Source of the DNA: Candidatus Aminicenantes bacterium
GTDB lineage: Bacteria; Acidobacteriota; Aminicenantia; JAMOAD01
Direction of reading: 5' to 3'
NCBI GenBank assembly: GCA_027061995.1
Contig: JAMOUT010000075.1
Span: 92-64,091 of the forward strand
DNA: 64,000 bases
Shown here: one piece after another, positions 1-8,870 of the stretch
Numbering within the stretch: the first letter of the stretch is position 1
Layout of the letters: every line of letters starts with the position of its first letter
Made by a program: the position numbers and the translations under genes
Notes under the pieces: model-generated
Databases searched by the model: none
What the model saw: the letters and a program-made list of their open reading frames with translations, nothing else
Told to the model about the DNA's origin: nothing

Positions 1-72
1 TTTCTTCGATAATCCCCAATCTATTCATTTTGACAGGGTTTACAATAATATTTGCTCTGCTCTCAATAAAAT

Positions 73-124
73 TCTTTAACATTGAAAAAACTTAAAGAGA
101 TTGAAGTTAAAGCATATTCGGGGA
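73..124. repeat. Left copy of a ~52-bp imperfect direct repeat (ttaacattgaaaaaacttaaagagatNgaagtNaaagcatattcggg) flanking the TA cassette
   Basis: The same ~50 nt string with 3-4 mismatches recurs at 764-815. Seen directly in the sequence. Confidence 0.6.
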
Positions 125-185
125 TTATTAAAAATATTTTGTCTTATGATTTTTTTTATGCTATAATTTTTATAGGAGACAATAG

Positions 186-383
186 ATGAGAGTAATTATT
201 GATATTGAGGATAATAAAAAAGGGAAATCTTTTATTGAATTTATTAAAGAGCTTCCCTTTATAAAATTTAAGATTAAAGAGGATGGCAAAAGGGATAAAA
301 AAGGGGAATTTAGCGAATTATTCGGAATATGGAAAAACAGAGATATTACAAAGGAAAGTTTAAGAGAGGAAGCGTGGAGATAA
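186..383 (+). CDS. Putative antitoxin (VapB-like) of a type II TA pair
   Basis: A 65-aa charged ORF lies 3 nt upstream of a PIN-domain ORF, which is typical antitoxin-toxin operon geometry. There is no recognisable fold signature, so the call rests on position only. Confidence 0.45.
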   Translation: MRVIIDIEDNKKGKSFIEFIKELPFIKFKIKEDGKRDKKGEFSELFGIWKNRDITKESLREEAWR

Positions 384-386
384 TCA

Positions 387-758
387 ATGATTCTCTGCGA
401 TACTGATGTTATTATTGAGTATCTGAAAGGAAGCAAAAAGGCGAAAAGAGAACTTGAAAAAATAAAACTTAATAACATAACCCTTAGTAGTATAACTTTA
501 ATGGAAATTTATTTTGGAGCATTAAATAAAAAAGAGCTAAATAATATAAAAAGAGTTTTGGAAAATTTTAATATTTTAAAAGTTAACGAAGATATATCGG
601 ATCTGTCTATTGACTTAATTTTAAAGTATTCAAAAAGTCATGGTTTAAGGATTCCCGATTCATTAATAGGAGCTACGGCAATTTATTATGATGTCCCTCT
701 TTTTACATATAATACAAAAGATTTTCATTTTATTGAAAATTTAAGACTTTATAAATAA
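387..758 (+). CDS. vapC: PIN-domain ribonuclease toxin (VapC-like)
   Basis: N-terminal MILCDTDVIIEY carries the conserved Asp at position 5. It also has the PDSLIGATA and TYNTKDF acidic motifs characteristic of PIN/VapC. It is ~120 aa and tightly coupled to a small upstream ORF. Confidence 0.75.
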   Translation: MILCDTDVIIEYLKGSKKAKRELEKIKLNNITLSSITLMEIYFGALNKKELNNIKRVLENFNILKVNEDISDLSIDLILKYSKSHGLRIPDSLIGATAIYYDVPLFTYNTKDFHFIENLRLYK

Positions 759-763
759 TTTTT

Positions 764-815
764 AACATTGAAAAAACTTAAAGAGATAAAAGTCAAAGCA
801 TATTCGGGTTATAAA
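764..815. repeat. Right copy of the direct repeat flanking the TA cassette; overlaps the 5' end of ORF 768..1010
   Basis: Near-identical to 73-124. Confidence 0.6.
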
Positions 816-1010
816 GGAGATGAAAAACCTGTAAGTTTTAATTATCAAGGGGATGATTACAGTGTAAAAGAGATAATGGAATCCTGCAAACTATCTGAAA
901 AAAACAGCGCAATAATTTATAATGTTTTTAAAATCAAAACAACCGAAGGTAAAATTTTCAAACTTTATTATGATGATATATCCTGTAAATGGTTTTTGAA
1001 AACGGATTGA
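768..1010 (+). CDS. Hypothetical small protein (80 aa); 5' end duplicated at 73-124
   Basis: The ORF has a TTG start and no obvious RBS. Its first ~16 codons are duplicated upstream of the TA cassette, so it may be a disrupted or re-started gene. Confidence 0.3.
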   Translation: MKKLKEIKVKAYSGYKGDEKPVSFNYQGDDYSVKEIMESCKLSEKNSAIIYNVFKIKTTEGKIFKLYYDDISCKWFLKTD

Positions 1011-1013
1011 ACT

Positions 1014-2123
1014 CTATTTTAGTAAAGCTGTATATTCAAACCCTACCATAAAAGCATAACCTTTTTCCCCGTTTCTCCACGGTTCTTTGTATTCTCTTTC
1101 ATTTTCTTTGATTCCCGTTATTATCATGGAAAGATTTTTTGTCAGTGTTTTTCTGATTTTAAGAATAAATCTTTTTATATTTTGATCATGATAAATATTC
1201 CCTATTTTCTGCGGATAATACTCTCCGTAAGAGAGATTTATTATATTGCCCCTGTTTTCAAATTTAAAATTCAGATATCCCCCTCTTCCCTCTATCGGGG
1301 TTTTAAATTTATAAAAAATATTTCTGTAATAATAACTTTTATCCCAAAATATCTCATCTTCATTAAATTCCCGGTGAAACCCGTATTGATCATAGATAGC
1401 TTCTCCCGAAAGAGAAAAATGCCCGATTTTTAAAAGAAAATCAGCCCCGAGGTGGTTTTTGTATTCTTTTTGTTGCTCTGAGCCTATCCCATCATGAGCT
1501 TTTACGGAAACTCCGAGTTTAAAAAAATTAAAATCAAAACCGAATCTTGCTATTCCCGCTTTAAAAGAGTTTGTATCTCTGTTCTCTTCCCCATTGACAA
1601 TCGCAAGATCTATGGAAAATATAAACGGTTTCCAATGAAAAAAAACACCTGTTTCTCTTAATAAAATCGCTTCATCTCTTATAAAAGGGGAGCCGAATTT
1701 ATAATTATTTAAAAACAGAGGATAATTTATTCTGCCGAAGGGAGTTGGTTTTTTCCCGATTGATATTAACATATTTTTATTTTTATATCCTATTTCAATC
1801 TTTGATATCTCAAATGTCGGGATATTAAAATTTTCAATATAATTCTTTCTTTCACTGTCCATTAAAATATTTTTTCCGTAAGATTGATTTAAAAAAAATT
1901 CTGATTCTACGAAAAAGGAGTGACTTGAAATCTGTTTTTCTATATCTATTTTTATAACGGCTTCAACCCCGAAGGTCATCTCAAGCCCGCTCCAAAATAT
2001 CCGTTGGTCATTAACTAAATATCCCCTGAATACAGCGGAAATATCCATATCAGGTTTTTCGGAGGATAAAACCAAAGGTTGAATACAAAAAAACAGGATA
2101 AAAATAATAAGTATCTTTTTCAT
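1014..2123 (-). CDS. Secreted or outer-membrane hypothetical protein with N-terminal signal peptide
   Basis: MKKILIIFILFFCIQPLVLS looks like a signal peptide. The rest is rich in aromatic/glycine residues with alternating hydrophobic positions, consistent with a beta-rich OM protein. The product is not recognised. Confidence 0.45.
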   Translation of the reverse strand: MKKILIIFILFFCIQPLVLSSEKPDMDISAVFRGYLVNDQRIFWSGLEMTFGVEAVIKIDIEKQISSHSFFVESEFFLNQSYGKNILMDSERKNYIENFNIPTFEISKIEIGYKNKNMLISIGKKPTPFGRINYPLFLNNYKFGSPFIRDEAILLRETGVFFHWKPFIFSIDLAIVNGEENRDTNSFKAGIARFGFDFNFFKLGVSVKAHDGIGSEQQKEYKNHLGADFLLKIGHFSLSGEAIYDQYGFHREFNEDEIFWDKSYYYRNIFYKFKTPIEGRGGYLNFKFENRGNIINLSYGEYYPQKIGNIYHDQNIKRFILKIRKTLTKNLSMIITGIKENEREYKEPWRNGEKGYAFMVGFEYTALLK

Positions 2124-2252
2124 ATCGAAAAAATATTATAAAAAAAGATAATGGTTGTCAATATCAAGAGTTTAAAATATGTTGAAACTTATTGCTTCTT
2201 GACCAAAGCCCGATGTTAAACTATAATCAATTTACTATTAAAGGAGATTATT

Positions 2253-2720
2253 ATGGATAAAATCAATAGGATTATAGCTACCTTTTTTTACACGGGTTAT
2301 CTTCCGATAGCTCCCGGAACTTGGGCATCTTTGTTTACAACAATTATTCTGTTTTTTGTTCTCAAAACCCTGACACTTCCCATGTATCTGTTTGTTTTGG
2401 TATTTATTTTTATTATCGGAAGTGTGATATCCGATTATCTTTCAAAAAAATATAATGTTGAAGATCCGAGATGGATAGTTATTGACGAGGTCGTCGGGAT
2501 ATTGGTAACATTCCTTCCTTTCTATTATAAAGTTGTTTTTAATCCCAAGGCTCTGATAGTCGGGTTTTTCCTGTTCAGAATTTTTGATGTTATAAAACCT
2601 TTTCCTGTCAGCTGCGCCGATAAAAAAATCAAAAACGGATTCGGCATTATGTTTGACGATGTTCTTGCGGGAGTTTATGCGTCTATATTATTATTTTTGT
2701 TGAGAGGCTTTCTTGTATGA
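2253..2720 (+). CDS. pgpA: Phosphatidylglycerophosphatase A
   Basis: PgpA-family motifs are present: GTWASLF, IDEVVG and RIFDVIKPFP. The size is ~155 aa and an RBS (aaggag) precedes the ATG. Confidence 0.75.
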   Translation: MDKINRIIATFFYTGYLPIAPGTWASLFTTIILFFVLKTLTLPMYLFVLVFIFIIGSVISDYLSKKYNVEDPRWIVIDEVVGILVTFLPFYYKVVFNPKALIVGFFLFRIFDVIKPFPVSCADKKIKNGFGIMFDDVLAGVYASILLFLLRGFLV

Positions 2721-3958
2721 GAGCTGAAATCATAGCAATCGGCTCCGAACTTTTAACCCCGTATAAAACTGATACAAACTCATTGTATCTGACGGAAAAA
2801 CTTCTTGAAACCGGGATAAAAACAGATTATAAAACAATTGTCGGAGACAGTAGAGAAACTCTTTATAAAGCTGTAAAAGATGCTTCAAAAAGGGTTCAAC
2901 TAATAATTACGACAGGGGGATTAGGGCCTACGGAAGATGATATAACGAGAGAGGTTGTCGCTAATTTTCTTAAAAAAGAGTTAATTCTGCATGAAGATAT
3001 AGTTTCGGATATAAAAAAACATTTTTCATTCAGAAAACTCAAGATGCCTGAAATAAATATAAGGCAGGGTTTTGTGATTGACGGAGCCGAAATAATTAAA
3101 AACAGTGTAGGGACCGCCCCCGGGCAATGGTATGAAGATGAGAACATTAAAATTGCGATTCTTCCGGGTCCTCCTTCCGAGATGAAACCTATGGTTGAAA
3201 ATTTTCTGCTTAAAAAATTAAAAAAATATTCCTCTTTTCATTATAAAACAAGGAGCATGCGAATAGTAGGACTTACAGAATCCGCAGTTGAAGAAAAAAT
3301 AGAGGATATAATATCGGGATTAAAAAATCCGTGGGTTAATATACTCGCAATTCCCGGCCAGATAGAGATTAATATTATGGCACGGGGAAAAGAGGGCAAA
3401 GATGAAGCTCTTTTAAAAGGGGAAGAGGTTTTTAAAAAAGTTTACGATAGATTGAAAGAACATGTTTTTACACTTCAAAAGGATAAATTTGAAAAAGTTA
3501 TAGGAGAGATGCTTTTAAAATCAAAAAGGGATATCGCTGTTGCCGAAAGCTGCACGGGTGGTCTTCTTGCAAACAGAATAACGGATATATCGGGAAGTTC
3601 CGCTTATTTTGAAAGGGGTGTTGTTTCATATTCTAACAGAGCAAAGATAGAGATGTTAAAGGTAAAACAAGAGACAATCGAAAAGCATGGGGCTGTTTCA
3701 AAAGAGACCGCAAAAGAGATGGCGGAAGGGATAAGAAAACTTGCTGATACGCACTATGGAATCGGGATTACGGGGATAGCCGGACCTACCGGAGGAACTA
3801 TGGAAAAACCGGTGGGCCTTGTTTATATATCTCTTTCAACTCCCGAAAAAACCGAAGTTTTTCAATACAGATTCATAGGGAGAAGGGAAAAAATAAAATG
3901 GCAATCATCTCAACAAGCTCTTTATCATCTTTGGAAAGATTTGAAAGGGGATGAATAA
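2717..3958 (+). CDS. cinA: CinA-family protein (MoCF-binding N-domain plus C-terminal nicotinamide-nucleotide amidohydrolase domain)
   Basis: The N-terminus MRAEIIAIGSELLTPYKTDTN is typical of CinA. It has the C-terminal CinA/PncC domain and is ~410 aa. Confidence 0.85.
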   Translation: MRAEIIAIGSELLTPYKTDTNSLYLTEKLLETGIKTDYKTIVGDSRETLYKAVKDASKRVQLIITTGGLGPTEDDITREVVANFLKKELILHEDIVSDIKKHFSFRKLKMPEINIRQGFVIDGAEIIKNSVGTAPGQWYEDENIKIAILPGPPSEMKPMVENFLLKKLKKYSSFHYKTRSMRIVGLTESAVEEKIEDIISGLKNPWVNILAIPGQIEINIMARGKEGKDEALLKGEEVFKKVYDRLKEHVFTLQKDKFEKVIGEMLLKSKRDIAVAESCTGGLLANRITDISGSSAYFERGVVSYSNRAKIEMLKVKQETIEKHGAVSKETAKEMAEGIRKLADTHYGIGITGIAGPTGGTMEKPVGLVYISLSTPEKTEVFQYRFIGRREKIKWQSSQQALYHLWKDLKGDE

Positions 3959-4883
3959 TCGCTGTTTTCTCGGGCTTGGTTCTAATCTCGGGGATAAAAA
4001 AGAAAATCTCCGAAAAGCAAAAGAACTTTTAATACAAAAAAATATCAAAATAATTAATGAATCCACTATATATGAAACCAAACCAATGTATTATTCGGAG
4101 CAGGATAATTTTCTCAATCAGGTTATCGAGGTTAAAACAGATTATCAGCCCGATGAATTATTGGAAATAATATCCGAGATAGAAAAAAAATTAAAAAGGG
4201 TCAGAAAAATAAAATACGGTCCGAGAACAATTGATATCGATATCCTGTTCTACGGTGATAAGATAATAATGAGAGAAAATTTGATAATTCCTCACCATAG
4301 AATCATTGAGAGAGAATTTGTTCTTGAGCCCCTTTGTGAAATTGCCGGAGATTTTATCCATCCCGAACACAGAAAAACAATGTGCGAACTCAAGGAGGAA
4401 CTTATCCGAGAAAACAGGAAAACAAAATTTTTATGCGATGCAATGCTTGGTGATATTGCCGAATGGTTAAGATTAACGGGGTTTTTTGTTTTTTATAATC
4501 CTGATGCGGATGATAATGAATTGGTCAGGCTCTCCTCCGAAAAAGGGTATATACTTTTAACTCGTGATAAAGAATTGTCAAAAAGGAAAAATATAAATGC
4601 TTTATATATAGAATCAAAAGAATTCAAGGGAACAATCAGAGAAATTTTTAAAAAACTTAAACTTTCCATAGATGAAAAAGATATTTTTTCAAGATGCCCG
4701 ATATGCGGAGAAAAACTGATTGATATTGATAAAGATGAAGTCAAACTTTTTATTCCCATTAGAATTTATGAAGAGCATGATAAATTCAAAATGTGCAGAA
4801 AATGTGAGAAAATCTATTGGAAAGGGGAAAAATATAAAAATTTATACAATCAATATCTTGAAATAAAAGATATCTTAGAGTAA
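3951..4883 (+). CDS. folK: Fusion of 6-hydroxymethyl-7,8-dihydropterin pyrophosphokinase (HPPK, FolK) with a C-terminal Mut7-C/DUF82 PIN-like RNase domain and zinc ribbon
   Basis: The N-terminal half has HPPK motifs (GLGSNLGD, ETKPM, GPRTIDIDILFYGD, HPRxxEREFVLxPL). The C-terminal half (FLCDAMLGDIAEWLRLTGF...LLTRDKEL) plus CPICG...CRKCEK matches Mut7-C architecture. Confidence 0.7.
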   Translation: MNNRCFLGLGSNLGDKKENLRKAKELLIQKNIKIINESTIYETKPMYYSEQDNFLNQVIEVKTDYQPDELLEIISEIEKKLKRVRKIKYGPRTIDIDILFYGDKIIMRENLIIPHHRIIEREFVLEPLCEIAGDFIHPEHRKTMCELKEELIRENRKTKFLCDAMLGDIAEWLRLTGFFVFYNPDADDNELVRLSSEKGYILLTRDKELSKRKNINALYIESKEFKGTIREIFKKLKLSIDEKDIFSRCPICGEKLIDIDKDEVKLFIPIRIYEEHDKFKMCRKCEKIYWKGEKYKNLYNQYLEIKDILE

Positions 4884-4910
4884 AACATTACTTGTTTTAC
4901 TCTAAGATAT
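4870..4910. terminator. 18-bp perfect inverted repeat (hairpin) between convergent genes, overlapping the folK-fusion stop codon
   Basis: atatcttagagtaaaaca-ttact-tgttttactctaagatat. There is no long T-run, so it may act as a bidirectional terminator or as an RNA-stability element. Confidence 0.45.
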
Positions 4911-4947
4911 AACAATATTCTTTGATTCGGATAAAAAATTGTTTTAT

Positions 4948-6075
4948 TTATGCTGCCGCTGTTTTTTGTCCCTTCTTTTTAAATATAAGAAAGATTCCTC
5001 CTATAACAAGAACGGATACAACGAGAAGCGCTATAAGGCTATGGGCAATCATGGACACAATGATTATTATCAAACTAAAAATAAGTGCAAGAATAAAAGT
5101 TGCTATTCCTACCACGCTCCTTGTAACACTCCCGAGAAAAGGCAATATATCAAGTATTGCAAACAGAGGTCCGAAAAGAGCTTGAAATCCTCCCCACATT
5201 AAGAGGAATCCTATCAATCTCATTATCCATAACCAGAATTTATATTCTGTTTTCATGGTTGAAACAGCATCCTCTCTCGAACCATAAAACAATCTGTATA
5301 ATCTTTTCTTTCCTTTATAATAATAGGGAACAATATTTGAGCCCTCAATTTTACCGAAGATGGTTCCGTTAAAAGATTTATCCAAAGCACTATAACTTAT
5401 TTTCACATCTCCGAGCTTAGGTGAGGACAAAGAACCCTCCCCTTTATATATAATCCCGTTTGAAAGATACCCGTCTATATAATCATTGATTAACATCTCT
5501 TCAGTAATTGCAAGAGGATGAGAGGCGGGTAGGACAACCGATTTAATATCAATATTATAAACCCCGATTTTACCTGTTTCAGCTGTCCAAGTTTTCGGCT
5601 CCACCGGTAAAGGGGGATTTTCATGCCCTTGAGGGTGTTTGAAATTACTTGAATCCTGAGGTGAGCGTGTCCATCTTTTCAGATATTTGTAAGTTATAAC
5701 TTTTTCGGTTTTTCCGCCGAGTTTTTTCTTTGATTTTGTGCTTTTTTCTTCAACCCAAGCATACATCTCAACGGACCGGGACAACCTGGTATAAGGACCG
5801 GGTTTGATATAATCGGGATCACCGATATTTCCTTCACTTTCAAAAGTTCCCGTAATTGAAACAAATTTCCCGTTTAACGAAGGATCTAATTTTTCCGCTG
5901 AAGCGGGAATACTCATCTTTTCCGCAGCTTTACCCATGTTAACTCTTCCCTCGTTTTTCCAGAGAATAACAATAGCAATAATAATCATAATAATTCCGCC
6001 GAGAATCCCTTTAATGGAATTTCCGATATTACTACCTAAACCAATGGTTTCTTTTTCAGTAAATACATCCGGCAT
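4948..6075 (-). CDS. Integral membrane protein (N-terminal TM, large extracytoplasmic domain, C-terminal TM cluster), possibly TMEM43/DUF1625-like
   Basis: Hydrophobic segments lie near residue 25 and in the last ~100 aa. The family assignment is tentative. Confidence 0.4.
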   Translation of the reverse strand: MPDVFTEKETIGLGSNIGNSIKGILGGIIMIIIAIVILWKNEGRVNMGKAAEKMSIPASAEKLDPSLNGKFVSITGTFESEGNIGDPDYIKPGPYTRLSRSVEMYAWVEEKSTKSKKKLGGKTEKVITYKYLKRWTRSPQDSSNFKHPQGHENPPLPVEPKTWTAETGKIGVYNIDIKSVVLPASHPLAITEEMLINDYIDGYLSNGIIYKGEGSLSSPKLGDVKISYSALDKSFNGTIFGKIEGSNIVPYYYKGKKRLYRLFYGSREDAVSTMKTEYKFWLWIMRLIGFLLMWGGFQALFGPLFAILDILPFLGSVTRSVVGIATFILALIFSLIIIIVSMIAHSLIALLVVSVLVIGGIFLIFKKKGQKTAAA

Positions 6076-6206
6076 ACTACCTCCTTGTCTTTTATAATTT
6101 TACAAAAGAATATTAGCAAAAAAAAGATTTGATTTCAATAAAGTTTAAAAGATTTTATATGGTTCTCAAAATAATGATTTTAACTATTAAATATTCTATA
6201 ATGTTT

Positions 6207-6932
6207 TTATCTTGTTGTCATGAAATATAGATGATCCTGATAATAAAAATCTATTTTAGAACCGGGTGCGGTATATTCGGATAATCTGAAATGCCCCATG
6301 GGACCGACAACTTCAATATCAAATCTGTATTTTGTTCCAATTTTAAAAAGGGCCTTATCAATCTCTATACTTTCTCCGACAATGGTTCTATTAAAAATAG
6401 TCCTTCCCCCTTTTTTAAACTCTGTTATAGTTACTCTTGTATTCAACACTCTTCCCGTATAATTCCATCTAAATCTTATCGTTCTTGATAGAGTTCTTCC
6501 ACCTACGGGTATAACCGCATTCGGCTGAGGGAAAACCCATTCGATGATATTGTTAATTCTATATGTTCCGAGGATAATAGGTTTGCTTCTCCTTCTTTCT
6601 TTTGATATGGATGGAGATTGAAGATATGATATTATAATTTTTTTACCCGGTTGGACTTCATAATGGTAAGAAGTTCCGCTTGAATAATACCCCGCACCTC
6701 CTCCTTTAATTAATAATTCATTTAAGAAAATTTTAATATCATCTACTTTAACTCCCCCTCTGGTTATATTCAATGCTACATTAAGATATCCGAGATATGC
6801 AGAAAATCCTACAACTTTTAATTTTTTTGTAAGAGGAATTATTCTTGTTCTCGCTGAAACTTGTGAGATAAATGAAAAAAACAGAATCAATAAAAGAAAG
6901 ATGATTAGCATTTTTTGTTTTAAAAATTTCAT
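6207..6932 (-). CDS. Secreted hypothetical protein
   Basis: The signal peptide MKFLKQKMLIIFLLLILFFSFISQVSA is the only recognisable feature. No domain was identified. Confidence 0.45.
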   Translation of the reverse strand: MKFLKQKMLIIFLLLILFFSFISQVSARTRIIPLTKKLKVVGFSAYLGYLNVALNITRGGVKVDDIKIFLNELLIKGGGAGYYSSGTSYHYEVQPGKKIIISYLQSPSISKERRRSKPIILGTYRINNIIEWVFPQPNAVIPVGGRTLSRTIRFRWNYTGRVLNTRVTITEFKKGGRTIFNRTIVGESIEIDKALFKIGTKYRFDIEVVGPMGHFRLSEYTAPGSKIDFYYQDHLYFMTTR

Positions 6933-7151
6933 TTTATTCTCCTTTTATAATATAATAAAATATATAATCAATTTTCATACCGTAAGTTAAACAATGGAAA
7001 ACCTTGATATTAGTAAGTCCCTTGGTGGAAAATAAGTTATTCTTCGACAATTCTGTTTGAATAAATACAGAAATGACGAATTAAAATATTTTAATTCGAT
7101 TAATGAAATGATGTTATCTGAAATACATTATTTTAAACGCGAAAAAGTAAT

Positions 7152-8018
7152 TCAATTAATTTTGTTCAGATATTCCCCGTATTCATTATTAATCTCTTTT
7201 GCGAGTCTCAAAAGTTGCTTTTTATCTATATACCCCATTTTATATGCTATCTCTTCAATACAGGCGATTTTAAACCCTTGTCTCTCCTCTATGGTCTTAA
7301 TGAAAATCGATGCATCTATCAAGGATTCATAAGTTCCCGTATCAAGCCATGCATATCCTCTTCCGAGAAGCTCCACTTTTAATTTTCCTTTTTTAAGAAA
7401 TTCCTGATTTACGGCGGTTATTTCAAGCTCTCCCCTTTTTGATGGTTTTATTTTTTTCGCTATATCAATAACACTATTATCATATATATATAAACCTGTT
7501 ACCGCATAATTGCTTTCGGGATTTTGCGGTTTTTCCTCAATACTTGTAACATTGCCGTTTTTATCAAATTTAACAACTCCGTATCTTTCGGGGTCCTTTA
7601 CAAAATATCCGAAAACCACCCCGCCACCATTTTTCTCAACATGTTTTATTCCCGCGGTTAATATATCGGGAAGTCCGTGCCCGTAAAAAATATTATCTCC
7701 GAGAATCATTGCAATGCTATCGGAGCCAATGAACTGTTCCCCAATTATAAATGCCTGAGCAAGCCCCTCGGGTTTCGGTTGCACCTGATAAGATATCTTT
7801 AATCCTATCTGTGAACCATCATTAAGAAGTTCTTTAAATTTGGGTGTATCTTCCGGTGTCGATATTATAAGTATCTCTTTAATCCCCGAAAGCATCAATA
7901 CTGAAAGAGGGTAATAAATCATGGGTTTATTATAAACCGGAAGAAGTTGTTTACTTACGACCTTTGTTATAGGGTTAAGCCTTGAACCTGTTCCTCCGGC
8001 TAAAATTATCCCTTTCAC
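7152..8018 (-). CDS. rmlA: Glucose-1-phosphate thymidylyltransferase
   Basis: [38 protein letters not shown] is a near-canonical RmlA/RfbA N-terminus. The size is 288 aa. Confidence 0.9.
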   Translation of the reverse strand: MKGIILAGGTGSRLNPITKVVSKQLLPVYNKPMIYYPLSVLMLSGIKEILIISTPEDTPKFKELLNDGSQIGLKISYQVQPKPEGLAQAFIIGEQFIGSDSIAMILGDNIFYGHGLPDILTAGIKHVEKNGGGVVFGYFVKDPERYGVVKFDKNGNVTSIEEKPQNPESNYAVTGLYIYDNSVIDIAKKIKPSKRGELEITAVNQEFLKKGKLKVELLGRGYAWLDTGTYESLIDASIFIKTIEERQGFKIACIEEIAYKMGYIDKKQLLRLAKEINNEYGEYLNKIN

Positions 8019-8033
8019 TTTTTCTCCCTAAAT

Positions 8034-8768
8034 TTATAAATCCTTATAAAATCTTTTTTTAACATATTCAAACACAATATCAGCGGATTCTTCTATTGTA
8101 AGTTTTTCAGTATCAAGCAGGATTTCAGGATTTGCAGGTTCATCATAATCATCGGAAACTCCCGTAAAATTTTTTCTTTTTCCTTCAAGAGCCTCTTTGT
8201 AAACCCCTTTATCATCTCTTTTAATACATGTTTCAACGGAAGCTTTAACGAAAATTTCAATGAAATTCTTTGTCATCTCTTTAACACAATCTCGCGTCTC
8301 CTTATAGGGAGACACGAATGAAGCAACGACAGAGATTGAATTTTTTTGAAGAATCTTTATAAGAATTCCCACCCTTTTAAGATGAAGTTTTCTGCTTTCT
8401 CTGTCAAACCCGATTTCAGGAAGAAGATCTCTTATATCTTTACTATCTATTCTTTCAATGGGGATATACTCCCATTTTTTCAGTTTTTCATATACTTTAT
8501 CAGCTATTACGGTTTTCCCTGATTTGGGGAGCCCCGTAAACCATAGAACAAATGGTTCAATTTTTTTCTTTCCTATTTTGACTTTATTCCACAATCTTTC
8601 ATGAAGAAAATAAACCATTATTTTAATAACAAGTTCGATAAGTCCGGCAGCTATCGCCAGATCAAGTCTTCCGAAAAAAACAAAAATAATAATTGTTGTC
8701 GTTAAAGTGGCAAAAAATCTCCATGAAATCGCTTTTAAAAGTGATCTGAGTTTTGTTTCAATATACAT
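8034..8768 (-). CDS. cysC: Adenylylsulfate (APS) kinase with N-terminal ~70-aa two-helix membrane segment (DUF2061-like)
   Basis: A P-loop (GLPKSGKT) and the APS-kinase motif SFVSPYKETRD are present. The N-terminus MYIETKLRSLLKAISWRFFATLTTTIIIFVF... is hydrophobic. Confidence 0.75.
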   Translation of the reverse strand: MYIETKLRSLLKAISWRFFATLTTTIIIFVFFGRLDLAIAAGLIELVIKIMVYFLHERLWNKVKIGKKKIEPFVLWFTGLPKSGKTVIADKVYEKLKKWEYIPIERIDSKDIRDLLPEIGFDRESRKLHLKRVGILIKILQKNSISVVASFVSPYKETRDCVKEMTKNFIEIFVKASVETCIKRDDKGVYKEALEGKRKNFTGVSDDYDEPANPEILLDTEKLTIEESADIVFEYVKKRFYKDL

Positions 8769-8870
8769 TTATGAATTATAAATCAATGAATGAGCTTTGT
8801 AAAGATAGCCATATAAACTTCTTAATATGTATAGTAAAACAGTATTTAAATATTTTCTTTATACAAATAT

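Noticed and set aside
1182-1433. Antisense or embedded small ORFs from the six-frame track (e.g. 1182..1433, 2896..3147, 4493..4759, 4922..5202, 9364..9672, 13914..14174, 15354..15602, 18361..18615, 19683..20000, 24969..25181, 28711..29052, 33011..33250, 34890..35423, 38915..39214, 42631..43085, 53809..54118, 54404..54836, 55340..55851, 58764..59066 and similar)
   Set aside because: All lie wholly inside well-supported genes on the opposite strand or in another frame. They have AT-rich low-complexity translations and lack RBS, so they are treated as frame artefacts.
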